A DNA stretch of 64,000 bases from Ascidiella aspersa (GCA_963924565.1 OZ004614.1:23126001-23190000), one strand, 5' to 3'. Numbered from the stretch's first letter, positions 1 to 12,700 are shown. A program made the numbers and translations. The notes: a model not told the origin generated them from the sequence alone.

Positions 1-169
1 AGATGTCAATTATATAGATGTTTTTAGACGTTTCGGTTGCGCATGTATTTTACAACTAAATCAAAACAAGATACTCCAAAGGGAGAAACAATTTCATTAG
101 GCAAATTTCTACTGCATATTGTTTAAAAAAAATTAAAATTTCACATATGAAAAAAAATTAAAATTTCCC

Positions 170-526
170 ATGAATTTCCAAACTTTTCGTAAAATAAAGC
201 TATCTTTTGTAACTACAGCAGAGAACTAGCAGTTCGACTTTTTAAGGCATAGTTATACAAACAAAAAACACACATAAAACAATAGATTAGATAGCACAAT
301 ATTCTGTTCCATCAAGCCTCACCAAAAGTATTTGTGCCGCAGCAAATACATAATTACTGGAATAAACCGTATTTTTGTCATGTTTTGGTTTTACATTTTG
401 TAAATATACTTTTGACACTATAGCAGAGAACTATAAGTTGGAAATTTTTTAGCGGTCACTAAATCCAACTAAAAAAACAACAAAAATATAGTACACAAAC
501 AAGAGAAACCATCAACCCTCACCAAA
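170..526. repeat. ~200-bp degenerate tandem duplication including the EGF7 exon donor
   Basis: ccatcaagcctcaccaaa (309-326) vs ccatcaaccctcaccaaa (509-526); agcagagaacta at 217 and 422. Confidence 0.7.
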
Positions 527-711
527 TGAGCAGGTAAGTCCGTTCCAGCCCAAATCGCATACGCAGAGTCCGTTTACGCACGCTCCGTGTTCTGCGCACT
601 TCGCCGGGCACTGTTTGACATCGCAAGCGTCGCCCGTCCAACCGTCTTCGCAGCGACAAGTTCCGTCTACGCACGTTCCGTGTTCCGAGTGACAGGCCGG
701 CCTACAGACCG
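523..711 (-). CDS. TENM: Teneurin exon: EGF6-EGF7 (AVCRPACHSEHGTCVDG...GWNGLTCSF)
   Basis: 189 nt, phase 1-1; acceptor cccttcccgtgctgccgcag, donor G|gtgagg; two complete 6-Cys EGF repeats. An alternative upstream acceptor exists at 762/765. Confidence 0.92.
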
Positions 712-3700
712 CTGCGGCAGCACGGGAAGGGTGGTTGAGATTGGTGGAGCCCAACTTAAGGTCTACTTGGCGGTGTTTGTTTTTATGTTTTTTTTTTGTA
801 TTTTTAGGTATTTTTTGGTAATTTTTTTGGTATTTTTGGTATTATTTTGGTGTTTTTTGGCGTTTTTTTTTTGGTATATTTTTGGTAATTTTGTTGGTAA
901 TGATTTGGTATTTTTTGGTAATGTATTTGTGTATTTTTATGGCAGGATTGTCAATGTTTTGCGAAATAGTTTGTAGCAATATTGTTACATTTTTGTGGTT
1001 TATCCGAGGTAGCATTATGGTGAATTACAGTGTTGGTGGTTGTTAAATGGTGCATGGTGGCAATTTTTAGTGTTTTTTGTGGTTTGTGTCGTGGTGTGGG
1101 AAGTTTTAGGAGACGAGAGTTTGTATAATTGTCGGAGTATTAGGATTGTGTTTTTTTGGTATTTTGTGGTTTATTTAGTAGGTTATTTATGTATTTGTAA
1201 ATTTTATAATTCAGGTTTTACGGTTGTTTTAAAGTTGTGATCGGTAGTATAAATTGACAAAAGGGGTGGGCAAATTTGATGTTCCAATGCACAAACCATG
1301 CACGATTAATGGCGATTATTTCGATTTTGAAAACATTTACAATATCATCGCATATCAAACAGTCGGTTTTTGAGTTCGTTTGGCGTATTTTTTATGTCGT
1401 CGTGCAAATGAATAATGACCGTGTTGTACAAAATGGTTCGGGATTACGATTTTTCGGTGGTGGTTTTGTTAGGATGGCACGGCAAGCAAAATTAGGAAGA
1501 GAGAGGATGGGAAAGGAAGAAGGAAAAAACAAAAAAGAGAGAAAAATAAAAAAAGGTTAATACTACGTCAAAACCAAGGCAAATAAATATGCAAAAACAC
1601 TAGTTGTTTTCTATTAAACAAACACACAACAAACGAATTTTGATTCATTCATTTCTAAATGACCTCACTCAGAGAAATGACTGTTACATGCCAAGGTCAA
1701 AATATAAAAAAAAAATATCTAAAATGTTGCTATGTAAAAAGTTAGGTATTTTCGCTTTTAAATGGGCTGTAAAACATATATTAAGTTTTTTTTAATAGAA
1801 AACCTATAATATAAAACAAATCCAATTGCTTAAAATTAAAAAAAACATTAACAACTTATCATCAAAATCATGCACAAAAAACAAACAAAAACACAAAAAA
1901 CATTCAAACGACATTTGTCGCAAATTAAACAAAACGCATGACGCGTATTCGTGTCAGACAACAAATACGTCAAATGGTAAGTTTTAAGGGTGACAAAAAA
2001 TCAACTAAACATGCAGTGTGTGAAAGCTACCTATGGTAACACGACTGTTTGTTTATCTTTGTACTTTTTCTATGTTTTGCCTGTGAGCAATACGTTATGC
2101 AAACACAATGTAAGTTAAGTATTACTACCACCCAAATAGCAAACGGTTATATCTACTGAGCAATCAAGGATTGTGTGAAAGCGGTGATAAAACCACCAAG
2201 TTTTTAAAGTTACTAACTTGTCTAACTCTAGTTTACCTATTGCTAACAAATTACAAAACGGGAAATTGGGAAAAAATTGGAAAAGTCTATACGGTCGAGG
2301 ACTTTAATGTCATTAATTGAATTGCAGCCGGGGTCACCAATTGACACTACAAATTCATTTAAGTCCACGCGAAAGTGCACATTCAAAACAGGGGTAACTT
2401 TTTTAATAAAAATAAACAAAAAAGCAAAACAAGATGAGCATTTTCAATAAAATAATAATAATGCCATAATATTTAAAAAAAATCAGCATTCCGTTGTTTT
2501 CAAACGTTTTGGTAATACATCATGCAATCTTCAGTGTAAAAATTCAAGAAACGTTTGTGAACGTTCGTATTTTCGAAACGTTTAGTAAACAACGAAAAAT
2601 CGATTTTTTTCCAATATTAGTGCTTTATTATTTTATTACAATTACTAAGTAAACCCGTGTAGTACAAATAAAAAAACAGCTCCTCCGGTAATCATTCACC
2701 CTGACGAAGGCGACTAGCATAGGTTACCGGAACGTTGGTAAAAAATTACAATTACCAGAGGAGCTGTTTTTTAATTTGCATTACTATGCCTGGTAGCAAC
2801 AGTTTATATAAACCCGTGTATTGTGCTCAACGAGAGCACCACACTTACCGGTTCTACAGTCGCTACCGCCCCAGCCGGGGTAGCAGACGCACTTGGACGA
2901 CACTTTGTCGAAGATGCCGCGTCCACTGCAGTCAGCTGGACAGCTGGTGTCAGGTTCCTTACAGGTCACTCCGACCCAACCGCGGTCGCAGCGACACACT
3001 CCAGCAAGACACAGACCATGGCCGGAACAAGTCGGCTCCAGGCAGTCAACTGAAAAAAAAGTCAAGTCAGATTGAGCAATGTTTGTGAAAATTGCAGTTT
3101 TCTTGGGAGGTAAGATTTAGCTGTTTGCGCTAAAGAATGCAGGTAAACGTTTTTTTCTGCTCTATTACGGTGAGCTTTTCACATTAGATTTATAAATGTT
3201 TGAATCAAGAATATACAACAGTTTTCATTTGATTGTTGAAACTGATACTCTAGTAAAACCTTATTATAAACCACTTCTTCGCACAAGATTCTTTCATATA
3301 CTCCAAGAATAAGATTAAAATCATAATAAAACAAACTTTGAAATAAGATCGTATTATTACCACGATATTGTTGCCCTTTAGGCCTTAATGAGTGTTCCAA
3401 ACAAAACAAAACAAAACAAAACAAAACAACACGTCACATCACTCACTTTCTTCGCACGAAATTCCCTTGAATCCTTCCTGGCAGACGCACTCGCCGTCGG
3501 CGCCGCAGGTTCCGTGTCCGGCGCAGTCGGGCTCGATGCACTGGTCCGACTGGGTTCCACAGTCTACCCCCTTCCAGCCGGAGAAGCACACGCACTTCCC
3601 GTGCGCGTACACGCCGTTACCACGGCAGTGGATAGAACAGGAGACTGGTGAGACAAAAAAACGGTTCTGTTGTTAAATCTCTATTTAAGAGTCCTTTTTT

Positions 3701-6700
3701 TCATATTGAAAGCATAGTATTAGCGACTTTTAAATTTAATTCAATAGTGAAAGAACCACAGAAGTAGAACATTTTTGACTCCTTTTAATGGTACTTTATC
3801 TTCTTAAAGAGTACTTTTTATATTGAAGTAATTAGATGGTACTATATAGAAAACATCCTATTGAATTCTCTACAAGCTTTCGCGCAACCGTGCTTATCAG
3901 GTCAAAGTTGAAATGCTCTTTCTTTTAACGTTGACCTGATGAATTTTTTTTAGTTTTGAAAATTGTTTTCATTTCTACTTTAACCTAAAGAAGGACGGTT
4001 GTGCGAAAGCTTGTCATTTGTTATTACAAATTGCCGTTTTAAAAAACGAAAACCCTTACGTATACTGCATTTCATTCAAGAGTATTGACAAAAAAAAATA
4101 GAACAATACAAATTACCTTGCGAGCAGTCGCTGCCCTGAAACCCCGCAAAGCAGTGACATCTTCCGTCGATGCAATCTCCCTTTCCTTTGCAATTATGCG
4201 GGCACTTGGACAGTCCGCCTGCAACAAACACACAGTTATTGATGGATAGTTAAGGGTGTTATAAAAATATTTCCTTATTTTATTGATCTTGATAAGTTAT
4301 GAAACGTTTCACGAATAATATTGGTGAATACAAAAGTGTCGAATATTTTTCTATGAAAAAAATGGTGATTGGTTGAGAATCGAATACACCTGAGAGTTGT
4401 ATAGAGGCGAAATGTTGGCTAGCTCTTTGCGACTTTTGTATTTCCACGTAGTGTGACAATGCCTGGAGTCCCTATAGCTTCCTTTTTACGGAAATTTCAT
4501 GATAGGGTATAAAGATATCCGACAAATCGGATGCCGATACTAATTGGTAGTATTCGTGACCGTAACGAAGCTGACCTGAAATAGAGGGTTGGATTTCAAA
4601 GAGCTCTTCGTTGGTCCCGTCGTTAAACACGGCAAGGTGCCAAGTCCCCGGTTCCATGTACTCCATGAAACCGGTGTTGACCCTTCGCTCCTCGGAAGAG
4701 GATGAAGAGGACACGCTCCTCCTCTTGCGAGCAGAGGACTCCATCGCAAAGGTGGCAAAGGAGGTCGTCAGCGCTCTGGTGGATGGAAGGGAGTCGGCGT
4801 CGATCCTCTCGAAGAAGTTGAACTGGAAGTGAAAAGAGGAAGCGGTTATGTCTTTTGAAAACAAAAAACGACGTTTTGTTGAAAATGAATAGCAGGTAAA
4901 AAAGCTGCGGTTTTTGATATAAAGGTTAGGTTTTCCAGAGGGGGTCAAGCACAAAAAACACAATATTATTGTATGTACCGTAAGGTATTTTCGCTGACCA
5001 CGTGCTATTTTTGTGTTTTTTTGTGTTTTATTGTTCTAAAGTTGATACACTATAAATAAACTTAAATCAGCGTTGCAAAGAAACAGTTATATGAAGTACT
5101 TTGTATTCGTAAAGAACCTTGGGTGCATCAAAAATAGATACAGCCAAACATGTTGTATTGTGTTGCGAAACCATTCTACGTACAACAGCTTAACAAGTTA
5201 ATGTTAAATCTAGACCAAGTTTAGATCTTTTTTCGTTAACGCTTACTTAAATGCAACCCACCGCCGTTGATCGCAGAGTAACGGAGCTCTAAACCTAATC
5301 CCAGAAAAGACATGTAAGATTAACGGGAAATCAGTTTGTTTAGATTTTTACGGCGCGAAAATCCGTTTCAAAGGTTAACCTTTACATTTACGCATCAAGC
5401 AAAAGCGATTTCGGGGACATCAAAGTAAACTCATTTTCAGGTTCAGGTTCCAGTTCTAAATTTGCTTTTTTTACTTGATGTGCATACAAGTAATTGTTTG
5501 CCCATAACAATTTGAACAAATTCCTACCGACATTTAATTTTTATTAAGTGAATTTCTTGGGATAGAGATAATCAACGAAAAAACAGTAATAATAATAGCA
5601 AAGCCCATATAGAAGTTATGCAGCATTTTGAACGTTTCGAGTATCTCGTTTATTCATTTTCAACAATATGTTGATGTTGAAAATGAAATACGAAAAGTTG
5701 AAACATGACGCTGAAAATGAATTAAAAGATGTTATTCGAAACGTGAAAAACTATACAAACTTCTATATGAGCTTAGATGTTCTTACTACGTCTAACTAAA
5801 ACCTCCGACCAATGAGCTGCGAAGAAATAATATTTTAACAATATGCAAGCTGTCGCATTTCGGAACATCATTTTACTTTGCTGAATAGCATCGATACAGA
5901 TTCAGTTTTTTTATCGGAAAATATAGGAAAACAAAAGACAGCGTTGGAGCATTTCGTAACGCGACAAGGTTAAGCTCTAGCCGGATTACTTCAACACTTC
6001 CATCTTCGCATAAACATTGGGATTACTCTCTCGCGGAAAAAGACTGAAAAGAATGCTTTGTGGTCACGACTGATACAGTCGAGGCTGAATCGCGCCGGTT
6101 CCTGCCTAATCCCCATACTTCCCAGTTTAACGCCGAACGCTAGCAAAACCTTAATCTGAATTTTGGGGCATAATGGTTGGAGGTTGTAGTAAGACGTAAC
6201 AAGAATATCAAAGCCCATACAGAAGTAGGTGGCATTTTGAACGTTTCGAATAACTCAAAAAGTTTAAAATAAATAAAGAGTTAATCTAAATTGTTTTGGG
6301 ACAGTACCGATACCACTTAGTATCGGACGAGGTACCGATACTACAAGTTGGCGTCTGGTATCGGCCCAGATCCGATATTATCGGACATCCCTAGTCACCA
6401 CTTTCACATTTATCGAAAACGGAAACCGCAGTAAACCTGGTTTGCAAGTTTCGTAAGAACTAAAAATACCCCCCTAAAGTGAATTCCTTGATCCGACCCA
6501 GTGCTGGCTCGCATTTTTATTTCTTATCCTGGAGTCTGTATGGAAGGATTATGGCCGTCATTTGGCATCGTTTTTCTCTCTTGCTCCACTTTCTGCCGAA
6601 TTTCTCGACATAAGAATAAAATTCTCCCAAAATAGACTAAACTTGTCGTCAACTATTTGCAGAATGTTGCAAAAATCATGTGAAACAAGAGAAGTTAGAT

Positions 6701-9700
6701 GTGGATCTACTTGTTGATAATGACGTCATTTGGCATCGGATCAAACGGACGCGTTTTTCGCCAAAAATGTCGGAACTCGAAATAAAACACCAAATATCGG
6801 AATTCCCTACATAAAAAAAACATGACAAAAAGCGAAGCGTTGGTTTACATAAGAGAGAATTTTTTTAAAAAGAGATAAAAAGAGAACGAAAAAAAAAAGA
6901 GAAAGAGATAGAGGCCCAGGTGCGGTCATATTGCGGCGGTCATTTGTCCAGCGCAGAGGCCGAGGCACTTACAATGCGCCTGTGGCCTTAATCTCCTCGC
7001 GTCCCGCTTGCAAACACGGTTCGGGGATTGACGATTCGGCGAGCCGCGAAATCCGAAACGTGCCCGGATCAAAGTTTCCAAGACCAGAGGCCGGGTGGCC
7101 ACTATGCTTTCCCTATATGGACACGACATAACGGAATGGCCGATTAGTCTTTTGCGGTCAGCTTAGACAAGCACTTTCCTATTTTTTGCCTGGCCGAATA
7201 CTAATATAGCTAGAATATTTTTTGTTTTGTCCCATTTTTAGTTTGCTTTTTAAGTTTAGAATTAGCACTTTCCTAGAATGATTGTTCTGTTGTTGTTTTA
7301 GTTTTTTCGTCTTCCCAAATCCTGGAGACATTCTGATGCCTAATAAAATAACCGTCACTTTGTACGTTGTTGACCCATTTTATAGTTTTTTTCTTTTATT
7401 TAGGTTGATCAGTGTGAAATTAGCACTTTTCCTCAAAAGGATTTTTCTGTTTTCTTTTGGTCTGCCCAAATTCTTTAGAATTTACGTTTTTTTAAGTTTT
7501 ATAGAGTTGGCACCTCAGAAGGGGGAAATTAGCACGTTTTTTTAGAAGGGTTTTCTGTTGTTTTTTTCGACAGTTTGAGTCCCTTATAAATGACGACTTG
7601 TTTTTCCACCATAATTTCGAGCTAATTTAACGTTTCTTAAAGCCCTAAAACTAAAAGAAAATTCGGTAAAAACGTAAAAACAGCCGTTAAGCTGTCCTTA
7701 AGTTGTCGTTAACTTTCTAGGGACCTCGTGAAGTTTTGAGCGAACGTCCTAGGCGGGATTTGGATAGACTAAAAGGATTTACGACCTGTGAGGGCTCGCT
7801 GAAAATTTGCTATTAAAAGACAAGGCAAGGCTTAAACGTGACAGACTTCAGTGTTTTGAATTGGTGAATCATTCTTACAAATTGTCTTCCACTTAAGAAA
7901 CAATATTTTAACGCACTTGTGTTTTCGTGCTGTTTCTCGTTTTTCTAAGTTTATTCTTTGCGCAGCATTCGTTTTATTTCGGGCATCCTAAAAGCGTACA
8001 GCGTCGTATGAAAGACATATATCTGCTTCTTCCGACAAAGAAAACAAACTACATGCTAGTCTTTTCACGGTAAAAAAAAATAAAATTTGATCCTCGGTTG
8101 CACTAACTAGAGTAGAGCATTACACAAATAACGGGGGGTAATTGAGGGCAAGAAGACCGGAATTTTTTTACGACTCATTTTCCGCAGGAAAGTGGATTAA
8201 CTTCCTTGCGTGCGCCGCTTTTTAATCTGTTTGCCTTTCGAGATTACGGGTCGGGTTGCACATAAACAGGTCAAAACAAAACATCAGGAGTCGCCTTTTT
8301 TCACGAAGTCGTACTCCAACTGCGAAAGCTGCGATTTGGTTCCCGCGTTAAAATCTGCGAGGCGTTAAAATGTGCGGCGCGCCGTCTTGAAAGGTGCTAA
8401 GAACAAAAACAGGTGAAATTTCAGCAGCGCAATAGATATTGCATTCCGCTCTAAAGACGCCTTTCGTGAAATACTTGAGGAATATTTCGGGCGATATTCG
8501 ATAGCCGTAATAGGCACAACGTCATAAGATGCCCCTTGGTACGAATCGCATTTCATGCTCAAAGCGGTGGTATTCAATCTAAACTCGAGATCGAATATCA
8601 CAGGAACGACTGGCGTGCGTTTTTGCGTTATCTGATTTCGAATTACATCGTTTTGTGTTGGACGTTAAGTGCTGACGCTGCTGCGAAAAAATGCAAAAGG
8701 TGTATAGGCTTACAACGCGTTCCATTTGGCTTATTGGGTTTAATATTAGGCGAAACACGGGAAACCTGTATTACCAGAGTTATTCATGCACTCCATAGCC
8801 TACAAAACGCCATTAAACACATTTTTTTATCGAGAAAATTTCTTACTCTATTGAAACAAAAGAAACAATAGTAACAGTGTTTTTAGAATTTGCAATTCCT
8901 TGCGTTTTTAGAATTTGCAAAAATTTCCATTTTAGAGAAAAAAGTTTGGCTTGAAAATCATAAAAAAAACGAAAAAAATAAAAGCCATCGCCCAAAACAA
9001 TTAACAGACTTACTGAACAAAAAAATCTTGTTTGAAAATTTCACGAAACCTAAGCATAAAGTCAAGAAACACTTATCATTAACCGCACCGGTTCGGGTTC
9101 AATTGTGTTCTGACGTAGGCCAACAGCTGACAGGATAAAGCTGGCCAGAAAAGCCCCGGAACCCAGGGGCGCCGTTGGACCCCAAGGGGGCCACAAAGCC
9201 CCAAGACTTACCCACAACCAATACCACTGAACTTAAACGTGGTTAAAATTTATGTACGACAAGTGCAATAGCGGAATGTAAGGTTAATGTTTAAGTGGCC
9301 TGTTTTTTTTCAATGGGTTTTGTATAGGGCGAGGTAAAGGGTTTTAAACGAAGGGCTGTGTTAGCGATTGGGCGCAACGGCGTTAAGTTAATCATGGGGT
9401 GTGCGCTGGACGTTTTCAAGTGCGCTGTAGTTGGAGCGTTCAATAGTGAGGTCGGTCCTACGCTTAAACTTGGCTTCACCGTGGAACAGCGAACAATAGG
9501 ACATTATTCTTAAGTCAAAAACGCGAACAACCTGCTATTTTTTGACAGTGAAAATAATCGAGCAAATCAAAACAAGTCTTGCTTCCATTTTCTGGCTAAT
9601 GTAAGAAAAAAATAGGTTTTCACTAACAAGAAACTGCAAGCGAATGTTAAGAAACTATAGGTCAACTATGGCTAAGGTAGAACAAAGTAAAAAAAAAGAA

Positions 9701-12700
9701 TAAAATAATGTAAAAAAGAATGAAAACGAAACCGTTACTGCCAAAATCGTTTTGGAGCACAAAGGTTTTTCTTAGACTGAGAAATTCATTGATATTTTTA
9801 GCAATTATTGTGCTCCAAATTTACATTAGAGTCGACGAAAATAGAATAAATCTAAATTGTTGCAAAATATATAATTTGACGTTAAATGATTATCTTGGCA
9901 AATACAAAAATGGATAGAATATCGTTAACGTACTGCAAACAACCCTTTTTTCTTTGATATTCACCCTATGCCTAACTACAACATCCAGCCATAATGCTAA
10001 AACAAATTGCAGTGTTGTTCAACTCGCCCACCTTTGTATGAGAAGGCCTTAGTCCCTTTCTTCCATAAACGGCCACCTGTGCTTTGGGACTGAGCGAGCA
10101 GTTGAACTTGATGTGCGAAGGCTCCTCTACGTAAATCTGCATCCATCTGAACGCTCCGGGAGCCACCTCGAAGGGAGAGGTCCTCCGAAACTGGAGGACT
10201 TGGATGGGACCTAGAGATTCGGGAAAATAACAGGATGAAGTGTTTGCTTTCGAGTTGCACTTTGTAGATACAAAAACGTGAATAACGTGAATAAGAAAGA
10301 ATGTTTAAAACCCTTTAACAAACACAGACTTTATTACAACTTTATCGGTATGTGCTACCGACTTCTGTATGTGCTTCAAAATTCGTTCTACGTCTTACTA
10401 CAATCCCCAGCCATAGTTTGAAGAGTTATTCGAAACGTTCCGAAAATGCTACCTATACTTCTCTAAGAACCTTGAAATTTATTTCATGTCTAACTACAAA
10501 TACTAGTCATAATTTTAAGAGTTATTGTAAATGACTGCTAATGCACACAGAGTTGCCCTAACCAGTCGTAAGTTAGTTTAAGTGGGATTTTCGCCAATTT
10601 GACCAAGTACGCAAAACACTAATCTGACCCAAGTGCTTTAGTAAATCAACAAATATTGCGGTTTTTAAATACACCAGAAGGTTTTGCGAAAATTTTCCAT
10701 TAAAATTAATTCAACCCTTCGTTGATTTATGCTAACAAGACAAACGCTTTACCAGTACAACTTCGCGGACAAAAAATGGCGTCCAAAAACCGTCTTTACC
10801 TCCTTGTTTCGTGACCGTGGTGTGTGAAGGAACTCCGCCGCCGGTTGAACCACACAGTAGCGGGTCATCAACTTCAATCACGGTTGTAGAAGAGTTGAAC
10901 AGGCCTTTAAAGTACAAGAGGCGATAATTAAACAACCATAATGCTCAATAAGTGCGCTGGAGATTTTATGACGACATATTATAGAACCATTTTTTGACGC
11001 ATTCAGTTTTTAATTAAGAAATGGCCGTTTTCTAAGTTAATATGGGATTGTTTTCTCCCAAATTAATAACCATTTTTTTAATTGAATGACCACCTTTTCT
11101 AGTAGATTGACATTATTATTCAATAAGTTTAAGGAATGGTTAATTTTTCTTAGTTTAACAATATTGCTTAATAACAGACCGGCTGATTTTATGTTTAACA
11201 GAAATTTTTTAGTAAGCGACTGACTGGCCTTTTTCTTAGTTTAACATCAAGTTTGTTAACACTGTCTGATTTTTTCCTTTAAAAAAGATTAGCACGATTC
11301 CTTAACGATTGGGAACAAAACTTAATCTTGTTAACATGTTGCTGGAAACATTATGTCTATCAGATATCACGATTGGCCAAAATTCATCAAAGCAAACCGA
11401 CACAAAAAATCGCTTCTCTCCATAACGAGCACATTCCCGTGGGCGCAGTTGTTATCACAGCCCGCCTTACACGCCAGCAACTGTATTCACCCACTACACA
11501 CAGGGGAAATCCCCGCGTTTGAAGAACCCCCGTCGTCTGGGGTTCGTGCCCCCAATGCGCGCGGCGCTAAAACATCACCCCGTCTCGCTAAACCCACACA
11601 GGGGTACTTTGGCAACAACTAAGGGGGGCGGCCCGTTGCACACGGACAAACAGGGGTGACATGGGGACCCCTAGGGGTCACGAGTGGGGTCAGACCCAGG
11701 GTGAAACAAAAAGGGGGCGGCGAGATGTAATCGGGGGTAATTAATTCGCACATCGCGTAATTCTAGTTGCGCAGAGAAACCAGCAGCAAATGGAGAAATC
11801 TCGTTTAAAGCGGTTCAGTGATTTTTGCTTGAAATCAACTTTGGACGTTCTTCTATTCTTATCGCCGTTTGGATCGCAAGTTCGCATTTCACGTAAGTCT
11901 ATTTCGAGCAGGAAAAATAAACATTGGCTAATTACAGCGGCCGGCTTTCGAAAAAAATCTCTGTTTCTCTTAGTTGAGCTGTACAAGCCGGACGTCCATT
12001 TTCGCGGTTGCTTTTAAATCAGCAAGGTCATTTATACGCCCTACATTTTTGTCAATTGTGCACTCAAGTTTAGCATGTTTATTTCGACGGTTGTTTTTAG
12101 ACACGCAAAATAATCCATTAACTATTTGTAGTTTGTGTAGCTTTAAATTTAAGAAAAACGTCTCTGTTAAAGTCCACGTCTCTATTTACCAGTAGTTCGG
12201 TAAAAACGTGAAAGAACTGCATTGCTTCCAGACACAAGATGCCTTCGGAAAGTTAACGAAATCAGTTAGGCTTATCAGGATAAAAACCCGGTGTGATATC
12301 GGAGGTCGTGAGTTCGAACCTCGCCGCAGCCAAGTTGTTTTTCTAGCCTGATGGCCTTGCTTGCTTTATAATCCTGATTAGGCTAACTGATTTCGGTCAA
12401 GTCTTTTCCGAAAGCATTATGTGTACTATATTACAATGTGGGCCGTTGTCTTCGGACAGAACTACTCGAGAAGGGCTTGATCACAGAATACACATTAGTG
12501 TATATGCACGTTTGAGCAAATTATGCTTTAAAAACTAACCCGCGAGAAAAATCAAAAAAACTCATCCAGAAAGAAAAACCGGACTATGAGGAGAAACCTT
12601 AAAAATTACCAATGATGAATTAGAATCACCGAAAAAGAAAAAAAACTTACCACAAAATCAATCAAAAAAACAACTAAGGAGAAAAAAATTCAATAAAAAA

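Noticed and set aside
766-844. Extension of the EGF6 exon frame further upstream (QKYQKNYQK...)
   Set aside because: In-frame TAA at 842-844 and no AG acceptor in the region.
587-1240. Hydrophobic + strand ORFs (129 aa and 66 aa) resembling membrane proteins
   Set aside because: They arise from GT/T-rich low-complexity sequence of the AG-exclusion zone and the antisense of an exon.
2031-2080. 50-nt exon candidate (tgctcacag ... ag|gtagct)
   Set aside because: In phase 1 it reads GKT-stop and shifts frame. It could only be a poison exon and there is no further support.
512-4218. Tenascin or generic EGF-repeat protein
   Set aside because: Cys-to-Tyr/Phe in EGF2 and EGF5, the upstream Ig-like motifs and the CSWRC-TM helix identify a teneurin.
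12296-12330. tRNA gene (also ~16240)
   Set aside because: Only a B-box/T-arm is recognisable, no full cloverleaf; shared downstream sequence indicates a SINE-like repeat.
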